From IMG/VR virus record IMGVR_UViG_3300005096_000013, positions 1-51,070 of that record: a stretch of 51,070 nucleotides of DNA; one strand, written 5' to 3'. This stretch comes from a virus (taxonomy: Duplodnaviria; Caudoviricetes). Below are positions 19,755-30,101 of the stretch, in pieces (positions within the stretch are counted from its first letter, which is position 1; the number at the start of each line of letters is the position of its first letter). The notes below the pieces were generated by a model. That model was not told the origin of the DNA. It worked only from the letters and a program-made list of their open reading frames with translations, and did not search any database. The position numbers and the translations under genes are program-made.

Positions 19755-22700
19755 ATGGGTCGTCGAGGCAATACACTATTGGCTCCTGTGAGAGGCTACA
19801 AATCAAGAAGTAGTGGCGGGGGGCGTCCGGCCTATCAACCTCCTGATGTATCGGTCATACCTCCTGAGGTTCTGAAGCAGGTAGCCGAAAAAATCAAGCC
19901 TTATGAGCAAGCCTTAATGAACTACGGGGGGAATGCTCAGGGTTTGTGGCACCAAGTATTGCAAGACCTGTCGAGTACCTATGGAGCCCGGAGTGGTGAT
20001 ACTCCTCTGCGTGGTCCCCGAATTGTCAATCCTTTGGTCAAACCCCGGAAGCAACCGAAAATAGATTTACAAGGGATTGTGAGCAAGTACAAAGGTCAGG
20101 CTCAACAGGCTTTTCATGCGTGGTCCAAAAAGCATACCGCAAGGCGTATGGCGGATTTTGACAAAACTCACCCTGGGGCTACTCCGGAGGAATTGAAGGC
20201 TTATGGTCATAAGCTGGGTGAGGAGATGAATCAGCTTGCGGCCAAGAGTGGCCTTGAATCCATTTACAATCCACAAGACCAAGCGAAGGCTGGGAGACAG
20301 GCAGCGTATAGCCGGGCCCAGCGGGAGCAGGCTGCCAAGACCCTGAAAAGTTTAGGTAAGGATTTTGATGCTAAGTTCTGGGAGCAGGCAGATATTCCGG
20401 GAATGATAGAGAATGGAACCCTGTCAAGGGAGGAGTTAGTTAACAATCTCTCCGGGCTCCAATCCTTGGCTACGTTGGGACGTATAGACTCTACAGCCTT
20501 GCCTAAGAATCTGAACCCCAAAAGTTGGCAAGGCCCCTTAACGGCAGCCGAGAGGGACCGGAACAATAGTACTACTTTCAGTTATGATTCTGAAGGCAAG
20601 TTGATTCCGCCTCTGGATGTCCGGCATGCCTATAACGATTCTTCCCCGGAATTGATAGACGCTCAAAGTAAATATTACGAGCAGGCAGATATTGCCCGGA
20701 AGCAATGGCAGAATCAGTTAAGGCAGCAGAATCCGGGCATGGAAAATACAGACCCTCGACTCTACCCTAAAGGATTGAACCTCACGTTTACCAGGCCGAG
20801 CCTGAATGTTCCAGGCAGGGCGGCAGGTTACAACTTTATAGGGAGCTCGGAGTATCAACCCCCCGCGGCAGAACCGGAACAAAGACAAACACCCATAACG
20901 GCGCTTCCGTCTCCCCCTCAACCGTCGGCCCAACAAACAAATTACGTCCTTCCCCGGATACCTCAAGGGGTTGGGAGGTATAATTTCACTCCGGGCTCCA
21001 ACAATGGTGGGCTGCCAAATTTCGGCTCACGAGGATATGGTGTAGGAGCATCTCAGGGGCCTCCGAGTGGTTTAAGACCTGTAAGTACGGTAGTGCCTCC
21101 TCGTCGAAGCCAGAGGGCTTTACGGGCATCTTACCAAAAACCCGTGAAAATGCTTGCAAAAGGTGGTAAAATAGATAAAGGTCAGGCTGCAATTGTGGGA
21201 GAAGGGGGTTCTCCGGAGATTGTGAGCTACAAAAAGAATGGAGAGGTACAAGTGACTCCTACAAATATGGATTTGAATAATGTCTTTGGGAATCTTGTTA
21301 CTCAGGAAACTCAGATGATTCCGGGAGCCGGGCTCAAGACTGGAACATCTTCAAGATTTGGGGGTCCGGTACATTGGAATAACAATATACCTATGGTACC
21401 TCATACTGTGGAGAAGGGTCCCACCTTGAAACAGTTGGGCCAGTTGACTTGGCAAGATATAGAGAATCAGCAGAAGGCGTTAGATGAGTTGAAACAGAAT
21501 CAGGCGAATGCTCTAGGTATAGACGTGGCCGGACTAGGCAGCATCGGAATGGCACGGAACCGGATGGCTACGAGGTTCGGAGATTTCCCTGAGACCGTGG
21601 CAGGTGACAGAGACTCGTCTTTGGGAGCCTTAGCTAGTGGGATTGCGGAGGCAAGGGGCTTACCGAGCAGGGTGGCTCAGTCAGGCAAAAATGCAATCAG
21701 GGATTTCCAAGGGGCCTCATTCAGGACCGGGAACAATATAAGGAGATTAACTTCTGATACAGAAGCTGCGGGTAGGGCGGCAATAGGAGACATAACTCAA
21801 CGGGCTGATAAAGCGATGGAGGATGCCCGGAGCCGTATGCAGGTAGGTGTTCAAACTCTGAGGGATTTGAGGGAATCTGACTTGAACAGCTATATGGACG
21901 CGACTGTTGCAACGGTCAAAAATGCCCGGATAGCTCTAGACGCTGAATATAGACAGGCTAAGGAGCAATTGATAGCGGCGAAGGGCGGACAAGTCAGCTC
22001 GGCAGAGTTGGCTCAGTTGGATTTAGACTACAACTCCAAGTTGTCTCAATTAGGTGGGCAGATTATGACCCACGTGAACGACCAGATGGCAGCCCTTAGA
22101 AGCTCCTACACCCAAATGGAATCGGTGGCTCAACAGAATTTTGCCTCGTTGGTATCCTCAGTAGATAATGCACAGAATTCGGTAGTGGCTTCACTGGCTG
22201 GGCAAAACCTCGCTGTAAGAGGTCAATTGACTTCGGCGGAAGTAGCGGCCCAAGTGTCCCGTCTAAATATGTTCGGGCAGTTGGAGGGGCAAGTAGCTCA
22301 GAATGTCAGTTATGCTGAAGCGAAACGGGCCGAGCTTGTTGCTGCATCTTCACAAGCTATGACCCAAGTGTATAATAATAGTACAAGGTGGAAGTGGGCA
22401 CAGGAGGAGTTGGAGAATAATAGTGATTTGACTTTGACTCAGTTGGAACTGGCGGGCTACAGAGAAGTGGCTGACGCTATTAGAAATAAAAACGTCAACT
22501 ACGTACCTTTGAGTCCCTATTATGCCCAACTGATGAATATCTACAGTGAACAAAAAATAAGAGATAGGCTGGACCAGCAGTATAATCAGGCGGGAATGGG
22601 AACAGTAATAAGGGCACCTCAGAATCCCTTTGAGCAATCCACTCCGGGCTTCCGTCATCCGCCCAGAGTCCCTCATCAAGCTGCACCGGCTACTGTAGTT

Positions 22701-22823
22701 CCTCAATATGCTCCTAGGGTTCATTACCGGACGGCACTCCCTGCTCTGAGTCCTAATTCTACAGGGCACTCTTTAGATAGTTCCAGCTTCCTTAATGAAG
22801 CACTCATGAAAGGTAGGAAATAA
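19755..22823 (+). CDS. Large internal virion/ejection-type protein
   Basis: 1022 aa, Ala/Gln-rich coiled coils; AKGG...IVGEGGSPEIV motif seen in tape-measure/ejection proteins. Confidence 0.55.
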   Translation: MGRRGNTLLAPVRGYKSRSSGGGRPAYQPPDVSVIPPEVLKQVAEKIKPYEQALMNYGGNAQGLWHQVLQDLSSTYGARSGDTPLRGPRIVNPLVKPRKQPKIDLQGIVSKYKGQAQQAFHAWSKKHTARRMADFDKTHPGATPEELKAYGHKLGEEMNQLAAKSGLESIYNPQDQAKAGRQAAYSRAQREQAAKTLKSLGKDFDAKFWEQADIPGMIENGTLSREELVNNLSGLQSLATLGRIDSTALPKNLNPKSWQGPLTAAERDRNNSTTFSYDSEGKLIPPLDVRHAYNDSSPELIDAQSKYYEQADIARKQWQNQLRQQNPGMENTDPRLYPKGLNLTFTRPSLNVPGRAAGYNFIGSSEYQPPAAEPEQRQTPITALPSPPQPSAQQTNYVLPRIPQGVGRYNFTPGSNNGGLPNFGSRGYGVGASQGPPSGLRPVSTVVPPRRSQRALRASYQKPVKMLAKGGKIDKGQAAIVGEGGSPEIVSYKKNGEVQVTPTNMDLNNVFGNLVTQETQMIPGAGLKTGTSSRFGGPVHWNNNIPMVPHTVEKGPTLKQLGQLTWQDIENQQKALDELKQNQANALGIDVAGLGSIGMARNRMATRFGDFPETVAGDRDSSLGALASGIAEARGLPSRVAQSGKNAIRDFQGASFRTGNNIRRLTSDTEAAGRAAIGDITQRADKAMEDARSRMQVGVQTLRDLRESDLNSYMDATVATVKNARIALDAEYRQAKEQLIAAKGGQVSSAELAQLDLDYNSKLSQLGGQIMTHVNDQMAALRSSYTQMESVAQQNFASLVSSVDNAQNSVVASLAGQNLAVRGQLTSAEVAAQVSRLNMFGQLEGQVAQNVSYAEAKRAELVAASSQAMTQVYNNSTRWKWAQEELENNSDLTLTQLELAGYREVADAIRNKNVNYVPLSPYYAQLMNIYSEQKIRDRLDQQYNQAGMGTVIRAPQNPFEQSTPGFRHPPRVPHQAAPATVVPQYAPRVHYRTALPALSPNSTGHSLDSSSFLNEALMKGRK

Positions 22824-22827
22824 AATC

Positions 22828-24117
22828 ATGGCAGTAGATAACTTAGCCGGTCCTGTGGGGCCTCCCCTTCCCCAAGTTAATCCTTTGTCAGGTGCGGGAG
22901 CTTTGTCGGGCATGGCGTCTCAGCAAATAGGCCAGAATGTAGCTCAGGGTACTCTCAATAATCAGAGAGAGGCAATGGAACTTCAGGCGGCTCATGATAA
23001 GTATATCGCCGACCAGCAGGACTCCCTTGCCCGTTTTGGGATGGGCCTTACAGATACCCTGAATAACCGTATCCTAGATATAGGAGACGACCACTGGTGG
23101 GCCAATATGGACGAGCAGCAAAGGCTTAATGACTATGCAATGTGGGCTAACACTGCACAGTTGGGAATGCAAATCTATGACCATACTACACAGACTGCCA
23201 ATGCTTTCATGGCGATGAACGAAGCGGCGAAATCCAGTGCAGAAGGCATGAAAACTCTACAGAATTTACTGAATGGAGACCGACAAACAGCATCGGCTTG
23301 GCAGCAACATAGAGATAGTGTGGATGCTTCCTTGAAACAAATGAGAGATAATTTGGAAGGTAGCCTTACTGTGGGAGGTCTCGTCCAGACAGCTGGTAGC
23401 TATTTGAACGGGACGATAGGCTGGGACACTTTAATGAAGGACCCACGAAGTGTACCTACAAATGAATTTCTACAGGAGGGAAAGCGAAGCCCCGAACAAC
23501 TAGCTATGATATATAAGCAGTTGGACACCATAGACCAAGTGGTGAAACAAAGAGTGGACCAGTTGTACCCGACTTCTCAAGATAAGGAAAAGCTAAGTAG
23601 GTCTTTCAAACAGATGGTGGAGTACGAAAAGGGAGGGGGGCAGTATGCTCTCCTTTATGATAGAGAAGGGGCAGAATCTTATTCTTCTCCTGACTCTGTG
23701 ATACCTTCTGACCTCTATAAAGCTCTCAAATTACAAAGGCAAGCAGAGAAATGGAAAACAGCCATAAACATGAAGGCGTTATCTAAGGATGAGAATGTGA
23801 AGAAACCTTTTTCCCTGGCAATGGCTATTGTAAATGGGAACCATCCCAACGATTTAATAAGTCAGCGGGTAAAAATTTCCACCAAGCCGGACGGGACGTT
23901 GGACCCGGACCAGTACCAGGCGGTGTTAAAAACACAGGCGAAGGACTATTATCCCGGTGGTCCTTCCGGAAAATATTTGGGATTATCAATGGACGAACTC
24001 GGCCCGGCCTATAAAAAGTATCTGGATTTGAGCTTTGGCGGTGAAGGCATGGGGATGTCCTTGCCCCAATTTATTGATAGTTTCTATGCTGACATGAGAG
24101 AGAATTTTCAAAGATAA
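22828..24117 (+). CDS. Putative internal virion protein
   Basis: Gln/Ala/Met-rich helical ORF; synteny. Confidence 0.5.
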   Translation: MAVDNLAGPVGPPLPQVNPLSGAGALSGMASQQIGQNVAQGTLNNQREAMELQAAHDKYIADQQDSLARFGMGLTDTLNNRILDIGDDHWWANMDEQQRLNDYAMWANTAQLGMQIYDHTTQTANAFMAMNEAAKSSAEGMKTLQNLLNGDRQTASAWQQHRDSVDASLKQMRDNLEGSLTVGGLVQTAGSYLNGTIGWDTLMKDPRSVPTNEFLQEGKRSPEQLAMIYKQLDTIDQVVKQRVDQLYPTSQDKEKLSRSFKQMVEYEKGGGQYALLYDREGAESYSSPDSVIPSDLYKALKLQRQAEKWKTAINMKALSKDENVKKPFSLAMAIVNGNHPNDLISQRVKISTKPDGTLDPDQYQAVLKTQAKDYYPGGPSGKYLGLSMDELGPAYKKYLDLSFGGEGMGMSLPQFIDSFYADMRENFQR

Positions 24118-24129
24118 GGAGGCCGAATT

Positions 24130-24567
24130 ATGACTTGGTTATGGATGGCATTACTTACTATAGGGGGTTTGGGTTTAGATTATTGGGCGAAGGCAAAAGG
24201 TTCAAGGGAACAAGCTGACGCCTTGGAAGCCTTGCTAAAAGGTAAGCAAGGGGTAGCAGATGCCCACACCAAGGCTCAGAAGATGATGCTGGACTGGTAC
24301 ACCCAACACATTCCTGAATTTCAGAAGCACTACGAGGAAGCCGTAGCGGACCAGAGAGCCTTTCAGCAGAGCATGATGGAAAGGCAGATTCAGGCAGAGA
24401 AACAACAAACTGTACTACAGGGTTTAGTTGGCCAGATAAATAAGGAGCCCGGAGTGGGGCAGGTGGTTACTAACTTACCTCAAGCATCACCCCCTGTTTT
24501 CCAGCCTATCCATACGGGTACGGTGCCTCTCGACCCCATGCTTCCCATTACTTCGCTGGCACAGTAA
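24130..24567 (+). CDS. Putative ejection protein with N-terminal hydrophobic helix
   Basis: AAGGAGG RBS; MTWLWMALLTIGGLGLDYW followed by Gln-rich helix. Confidence 0.55.
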   Translation: MTWLWMALLTIGGLGLDYWAKAKGSREQADALEALLKGKQGVADAHTKAQKMMLDWYTQHIPEFQKHYEEAVADQRAFQQSMMERQIQAEKQQTVLQGLVGQINKEPGVGQVVTNLPQASPPVFQPIHTGTVPLDPMLPITSLAQ

Positions 24568-24608
24568 AGGGCTTGGAATCACTCCGGGCTCCATAAGGAG
24601 TTTTTAAA

Positions 24609-25628
24609 ATGATAAATACGACTGGATTCAAACCTCCCTTCGTACCCTGGGGTAAGAAGCTGCGTACTGCCGTGGAAGTGGGGGTAGGCAGGGCGGGACC
24701 TTCTTTGAAGCTGACCCCTGAAGGTTATAAGGATTTGGGGCTTTTGTTGAAAGACGCCAATATAGGTAAGTTGTCTCCTCAAGCTGTGGTTAGTAGATTT
24801 AACAGCCTCGTGAAGAAGTACAAGCTGCCTGTCTCTAAGGAGCTTCTGGAAACTCAAGGGGACGTGATACAGAAGGCTCTCAAGGCTATCCGTCCTCAAG
24901 ATGTAAAGCTATTGATGGCAGGGCCGGAACCTTCTCCCTTAGCTTTAAGAGGTACTTCTTCCTTAGCTCCGAAAGGTTCTCCGTCTTGGACTTCAAAAGG
25001 TAAAGTTGTAAATATCCCTAACTTGGAGACTCAAGGAGGTCCCTTAGCGGAGAGATTAGGAGGGTCTCTAGTAAAGCGTTCTGAGAGTATATTTTCAGGT
25101 GTTAAAGGGAAAGTTGCCAAGGCGGTGAAGGCTGGAGGAGAAGCGGCGGGGGCATCCGAGGAAGCCCGTGGATTCTGGAAGATGTTGAAGGATTTCTCTA
25201 AAGGGGAGAAGGCTAAGTTTGCCTTAGGTGCTTTGTCGATGGCGATGGTTTATTTTGAGTTGCATAAGGCTATCAACTTGGCGGCACCTCCTGAGGGGGA
25301 AAAGAGATTGAGGGAGTTAGCGGGAAGTATGGCTATGCTACAATCAGGGATGCCTATAAACTTTGCTACGCAGGGTGTAAATCCCGGTACGGTGAACCAA
25401 GTAGCTCAGGGAGAATTCATGGGTAATCTGAATAAGGTTTTGGGGCAGCAACTTGCTGGGCAAATGGCGGCTATGTATAATACGCAATCTCCGGGGAGTA
25501 TAGCTCCTGTCCCAGTCAGTCCTCCTCCCAGTAACTTGGCACCCTCTGAGCAGATGATTGGAGGTGGAGGGGCTATAAGCCCTGATGCAGAACAGCAGGC
25601 TCTACTCGCTCTTTTACAGAAAGGGTAA
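24609..25628 (+). CDS. Putative internal virion protein
   Basis: TAAGGAG RBS; 339-aa ORF; synteny. Confidence 0.5.
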   Translation: MINTTGFKPPFVPWGKKLRTAVEVGVGRAGPSLKLTPEGYKDLGLLLKDANIGKLSPQAVVSRFNSLVKKYKLPVSKELLETQGDVIQKALKAIRPQDVKLLMAGPEPSPLALRGTSSLAPKGSPSWTSKGKVVNIPNLETQGGPLAERLGGSLVKRSESIFSGVKGKVAKAVKAGGEAAGASEEARGFWKMLKDFSKGEKAKFALGALSMAMVYFELHKAINLAAPPEGEKRLRELAGSMAMLQSGMPINFATQGVNPGTVNQVAQGEFMGNLNKVLGQQLAGQMAAMYNTQSPGSIAPVPVSPPPSNLAPSEQMIGGGGAISPDAEQQALLALLQKG

Positions 25629-25632
25629 GTAG

Positions 25633-28600
25633 ATGGCTGACCAAAAAGCTAGTGACCTCTACAGCTTCCCGATGAACAGCTATGACCGGGCAAGGTTGGC
25701 TTTTGCCAACGCTGCCCGTCTGGACTTGGATGGTACGGTAAGAGCTATCTTCCAGCCTACAACTCTGTCTCCCCAGCAACGAAAGTCATTCTCACAAGAA
25801 TACGCAGGAGACCCTCTGATGCAGGCGGTGGTAGATACTGCTACCAATCCCTTAGTCATTATCGGTGTTTTGCTTCATTTGAGATTTCCACTTCTTAAGG
25901 CTCATGAGATTTTCAAAATGAGGCACAGGGCTTCCCAGAGTTCCGGCCTGTCTTGGCTGGGCCGCAATATAAGTAACCTCATGTCGATATTGGATGACCG
26001 TCCTGACCTCTGGAAGATTATTTCAGGGGCTTCTAAACGAAGCAGGGGTTGGGTTCTTAATAATTATGAGCCAATCCAGAAGGCGTTCCAGACTGCCTTC
26101 ACTTCTAAGTTGGGGAGGGGACCTACTGAGGAAGAGCTTCATATCATCAGTCACATGGTGAAGGGGCATATGGAGCCTATGTCGGCGAAAGGTAACCGGC
26201 TATTCAACAATATACTGGGTACGACAGGTGTAAACCTTACAGGTAAGAGCATCCTCAATGCAGAAGCTATCAGGAAAATGCCTAGTTATGGGGCCATGCG
26301 TCATGTAGCTAATGTTGCCGGAGACCAGTTTAACAAGATGTGGGACACACTGGGTTCTGAGGAAGCTCAAGCAGTCCTCAAGGATGTACTGAAGAATCAT
26401 TATATTTATGACCCGGTAATTGGATTGGGCAGGAGTGTAAAGAGGGGGAAGATACAGCTAGGACGTAAACAGTCTAATTACCTACCGGAAATAATCAACT
26501 TGAATCCTAACAGCCTCTCTATGGAGACGCCGGATATTACACAATACTTGAAAGAGGTAGCTGCAAGGACAGGAGGTAAACAGTCAGTTTCCTCTCCGGT
26601 TGCAAAGAACTTACTGACAAGGGGGGTTAATCTTCCTGATATGGAAGAATTAGGAAGACTGGCAGATAAGGGGTTGGTTGACCCTGAAGTGTATAAAGCT
26701 ATGAAGGATTTCAAGGTAACTTATTCCGGTCAATTAGCACCTAAAATGAAGGAGATTTTTGCACATAGTCCTCTCTCTACATTGCAAAGGGACTTGACTA
26801 AGATGTTTGTAGAGGATTATCAGTTGAGTGAGGGAGTGGCGGAAGGGTTAACTTCTAGGGCTGCCTACCTTGCAAAGACAGAGGGTAGAGGCATTGCCTT
26901 ACAGGAGTTATTTGAACGGACTAAGTTAGTAGGCGAAGTCCCAGAATATAGGACTAGATTTGATGATGTATATGCCCGATATGTCCATGCGTCTGCACCC
27001 ACAGTAGGATGGACTCTGCCTCCTGAAGGAAGTCAAGCTAGCTACTTCAAGCAACTAGGCACCGGGATGCAGACTTTGGACCCTTTGCGGAAACAGATAA
27101 TCTCTGAGACCTACTTGCCTGTCCTGACGGGTCGTAAGACTGCACACCAGATTAGAACCCAGGCAATCTATCGAGATACCCGTCTGAGGTACTATGAAGT
27201 ACTACAAACTGATAAGGTTAAAAGACTGATGAGTCATATTCCGGGAGGAGAGAAGGCTCGGCAATATCTTTCAGAAAGTCTTTCACAGGCCAATACACCT
27301 ATAGACCCATACGCCCTCAACAGTAGGTTAGCTTCTTGGCTTTACTACGGGGCTTTGGGTTTTAACCCTAGCCCTGCCGCCAAAAATCTACTTCAGCCGG
27401 TTATTACTACTCTAAACGTCGTAGGGCCTCAATCTATGTCTGAAGGTCTCTCCACTCTGCTGCCTAAATTGCGAAAGATGAGGAGCATCTACAAGCAGAA
27501 GTTGGCGTCCGGGCTTGCAGCCGACATCGCAGATGAAGAAGCAAAGATGGAAGTGTTCCCTCGCTTCATGGCTGAAGACTTATCAATGCCTATGCTCCAA
27601 GATTTAACAGAAGGTTCCATAAATAAGCTCAGTACTGGAGCCCGGAGTATTATCCAGAAGGGCAAACAGGCTTCTATGAAGATGTTCAGTGCGACTGAAA
27701 CTTTGAACAGGCTCTGGACATGGGAGGCTGGGCTGGCCCATGCAAGACGGACTTCACCGGGTATCTTTACCGACCTGAAGACAGGAACCCTCAAAGACGA
27801 AGCCTACGAATTTGCAAGTAAGTTGGTCCATCAGACTCAGTTCCCTGGAGGTATCTTAGGAATACCTTCTGGTCTAGCCAATGTACCTCCACCTCTAAGA
27901 CAATTTATGCAGTTCCCCTTACGTATGGTGGACTATCTGAAATCGAGTTTGAGGTATGGTTCAGGAGTACCGGGGAAGCCCGGAGTGAATCTAGGTACTA
28001 TAGGCAGGACTATGGCCGCTAGCGGTGTAACCTATGAGGCAGCTAAACATCTCCTCAAGACCGACCTGAGCGGAGCCTTATTGTTCGGAGCCTTGCCTGC
28101 TCCCAGTTGGGAGGGTGCTCCATTCTATCCATTCCCGTTAGTCCCCCCAGCGGTGAGCATGGCAGGAAGTGCAGCCCAAGCGGTCTTATCGGGGGATTAC
28201 TCGCATTTAGGACAAGGCTTGGCGGTCGGTATGCCGGGCGGCCTTGCAGCGTATCGTGCTGCAAAGTATCTTTCACCTTACAAAGCAGATTACAGTCAGT
28301 ATTCTAAGACAGGGTTGATTCCCGTATATGACTCACAAGGTAAACTCATCCAGAATTTCACCCCTATCCAGTTGTTCGCTCGGTCAATCGGGATACGTAC
28401 TACCGACCAGACAACTCAGAATCAGTTGGCTGAATACCTTTTGAAACAACGAGATACTATCAGGGAGATTAGACGACAATTCTTAGAGGCTCTTTCACAT
28501 AACGATGTCGAGAAGGCTAGGAAGATACAAGAAGATTTCCGGCATCGCTACCCTGAACTGGGCCCGTTGAGAGTAAAGAAAACAGATTTGAAGGCTGTGA

Positions 28601-28761
28601 GCAACCGGCACCAGATGGATAGGGTGCAGCGTATCCTCTCCGGGCTCCCTGCTGCTTATCAACCGTTAATGAAAGAAGTGGTGGGGATGAGCCAGGCAGA
28701 GCAGACGGTGGGAATGATGGAGAATGGGGGGAGTCTAGGTCTTTTTCTTGGGCCTCGTTAA
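25633..28761 (+). CDS. Large internal virion protein (large polyvalent-type C-terminal region)
   Basis: 1042 aa, last gene of the structural block; LGFNPSPAAKNLLQ and TQF...QFMQFP patterns typical of podovirus ejection proteins. Confidence 0.55.
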   Translation: MADQKASDLYSFPMNSYDRARLAFANAARLDLDGTVRAIFQPTTLSPQQRKSFSQEYAGDPLMQAVVDTATNPLVIIGVLLHLRFPLLKAHEIFKMRHRASQSSGLSWLGRNISNLMSILDDRPDLWKIISGASKRSRGWVLNNYEPIQKAFQTAFTSKLGRGPTEEELHIISHMVKGHMEPMSAKGNRLFNNILGTTGVNLTGKSILNAEAIRKMPSYGAMRHVANVAGDQFNKMWDTLGSEEAQAVLKDVLKNHYIYDPVIGLGRSVKRGKIQLGRKQSNYLPEIINLNPNSLSMETPDITQYLKEVAARTGGKQSVSSPVAKNLLTRGVNLPDMEELGRLADKGLVDPEVYKAMKDFKVTYSGQLAPKMKEIFAHSPLSTLQRDLTKMFVEDYQLSEGVAEGLTSRAAYLAKTEGRGIALQELFERTKLVGEVPEYRTRFDDVYARYVHASAPTVGWTLPPEGSQASYFKQLGTGMQTLDPLRKQIISETYLPVLTGRKTAHQIRTQAIYRDTRLRYYEVLQTDKVKRLMSHIPGGEKARQYLSESLSQANTPIDPYALNSRLASWLYYGALGFNPSPAAKNLLQPVITTLNVVGPQSMSEGLSTLLPKLRKMRSIYKQKLASGLAADIADEEAKMEVFPRFMAEDLSMPMLQDLTEGSINKLSTGARSIIQKGKQASMKMFSATETLNRLWTWEAGLAHARRTSPGIFTDLKTGTLKDEAYEFASKLVHQTQFPGGILGIPSGLANVPPPLRQFMQFPLRMVDYLKSSLRYGSGVPGKPGVNLGTIGRTMAASGVTYEAAKHLLKTDLSGALLFGALPAPSWEGAPFYPFPLVPPAVSMAGSAAQAVLSGDYSHLGQGLAVGMPGGLAAYRAAKYLSPYKADYSQYSKTGLIPVYDSQGKLIQNFTPIQLFARSIGIRTTDQTTQNQLAEYLLKQRDTIREIRRQFLEALSHNDVEKARKIQEDFRHRYPELGPLRVKKTDLKAVSNRHQMDRVQRILSGLPAAYQPLMKEVVGMSQAEQTVGMMENGGSLGLFLGPR

Positions 28762-28778
28762 CACTCTGGGCTCCTTAT

Positions 28779-28818
28779 AAAATACCGGAGGTAGGACACC
28801 GAGCCCTACCCCCGATAC
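28779..28818 (-). terminator. Terminator hairpin at the convergence of the two gene blocks
   Basis: Minus-strand RNA GUAUCGGGGGUAGGGC pairs fully (with G-U) with GUCCUACCUCCGGUAU, followed by U residues. Confidence 0.7.
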
Positions 28819-28852
28819 GAAAGGAGCAAAAACCTTTTCCATTGCCTAGCAC

Positions 28853-28882
28853 GTTTCAATCCACGTCCTGTAAGAGGACGAC
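28853..28882 (-). CRISPR. Solitary type I-C-like CRISPR repeat (no array)
   Basis: Minus strand GTCGTCCTCTTACAGGACGTGGATTGAAAC: GTCG start, CGTCCT/AGGACG hairpin, GTGGATTGAAAC end. No second copy seen. Confidence 0.75.
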
Positions 28883-29072
28883 AAAAATCTAAAAGTTGAG
28901 TTGACGAGTACTCCAGGAACATCCTGAAGATTGAGAGAAAACTTACGATGCTCTGATGTTTTACATCTAGGAACTGCAGTAATTTTCATTCTGCGGTTTG
29001 GATTCATTCATTTATAAGTCTCCATTTTTAATTTCTAGCATACGCTAAAAGGTAACATCACTCGTCAACTCT

Positions 29073-29106
29073 AAAAGGATGCTGGGTGGATGAGTCCCAA
29101 CATCCT
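29073..29106 (-). terminator. Rho-independent terminator
   Basis: Minus strand GGATGTTGGG-loop-CCCAGCATCC then TTTT, directly after the 29112 stop. Confidence 0.7.
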
Positions 29107-29111
29107 CGGCT

Positions 29112-29540
29112 CTAGGCTTTGTCCGGCATAATAGGTTTAATCTTGGAACTTGCTGCCGCCTCCCTCTCCGCCTTCCGTAGCTCAGGGGCAATAGCAGTTG
29201 TCCAAACCTCTTTATTCTCGGACTTCACCTTCTCCAAGGCTTTCGCATGAGCCCTAGAACCTTTAGTCAGCCTAGCACTCCTTAAGCTAGCCCAACCTGC
29301 AAGTAACCATGGAACCGCGATAGCAAGTATTTCGTTCCATGGAGGGGGAAGAAAAGCACCCACTGCGGGAGCTATTTTCTCCGTGGCGCCTGCAATAGCG
29401 TCCCCCGTCTGCGTGACCTGCTGACTTAAACCCGTAGTCTCTGTACCTGAAGGGCTGGTATAAGTCTGGCAGCCGTAAAGGAACAGAAGAAGTACAAGGA
29501 TTAAGGAGAAGGTCAACAAATAAGACCGTCTGTTCTTCAT
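29112..29540 (-). CDS. Putative lipoprotein/membrane protein
   Basis: Signal peptide ending in lipobox-like LYGC; second hydrophobic helix; AAGGAG RBS. Confidence 0.65.
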   Translation of the reverse strand: MKNRRSYLLTFSLILVLLLFLYGCQTYTSPSGTETTGLSQQVTQTGDAIAGATEKIAPAVGAFLPPPWNEILAIAVPWLLAGWASLRSARLTKGSRAHAKALEKVKSENKEVWTTAIAPELRKAEREAAASSKIKPIMPDKA

Positions 29541-29607
29541 ATCAATCTCCTTACAAGATACAATGGACTCAACAGACTATACCATTATAGCCCGATGGAG
29601 CCCGGAG

Positions 29608-30021
29608 TCAACCATTTTTTTTGTCAGGAATCCACTTCATCGTACCCAGTACGTCACTCTCTCGTATGAAAAGTAACGTAATCTTCCCAACCACAAGAGG
29701 TTGCCCGGCCATCCGACTCATCAATACGTAATCTCCTTCCTTGTAAAGTTTACATTCGGAGCCGATAGCCACTACTCTACCGTAAGGCATGGGTTCTTGG
29801 AAGGCATTGTCAGGCATAAAGATGCCTCCCTCTGTAACCTTACGTTGTTCAATTACCTGTACCATCAAGTAATAGGGAGAAGGCATAGGCACCGAAAGGT
29901 ATCCGGGTTCCCCTTTGGACTCCACAGGGATACTGTCGGGAGACTCCTTACGTTTAAGGGCAGCCTTCGCCGTCTTAAAATTCAAGGTTGATTTTCTGGA
30001 AGTCACTTTCTTTTTAGCCAT
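29608..30021 (-). CDS. groES: GroES-like co-chaperonin
   Basis: TEGGIFMPD mobile loop, GRVVAIG, KEGDYVL, IRESDVLG; GAAAGGA RBS before ATG 30021. Confidence 0.85.
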   Translation of the reverse strand: MAKKKVTSRKSTLNFKTAKAALKRKESPDSIPVESKGEPGYLSVPMPSPYYLMVQVIEQRKVTEGGIFMPDNAFQEPMPYGRVVAIGSECKLYKEGDYVLMSRMAGQPLVVGKITLLFIRESDVLGTMKWIPDKKNG

Positions 30022-30044
30022 ACGTACATCCTTTCGTAAAGGGT

Positions 30045-30076
30045 GGGAGCCCCGGCCCACATAGACCGAGACTCCC
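30045..30076 (-). other. Strong RNA hairpin (terminator or processing site)
   Basis: Minus strand GGGAGTCTCGGTCTA pairs with TGGGCCGGGGCTCCC using G-U pairs; intergenic. Confidence 0.5.
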
Positions 30077-30101
30077 TATTGGAGATAATTAACTTGCGGG
30101 A

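Noticed and set aside
28819-28830. 12-nt identity between the spacer-sized segment and the RBS region at ~31543-31554
   Set aside because: Mostly a shared GAAAGGAG Shine-Dalgarno-like word; too short to call self-targeting.
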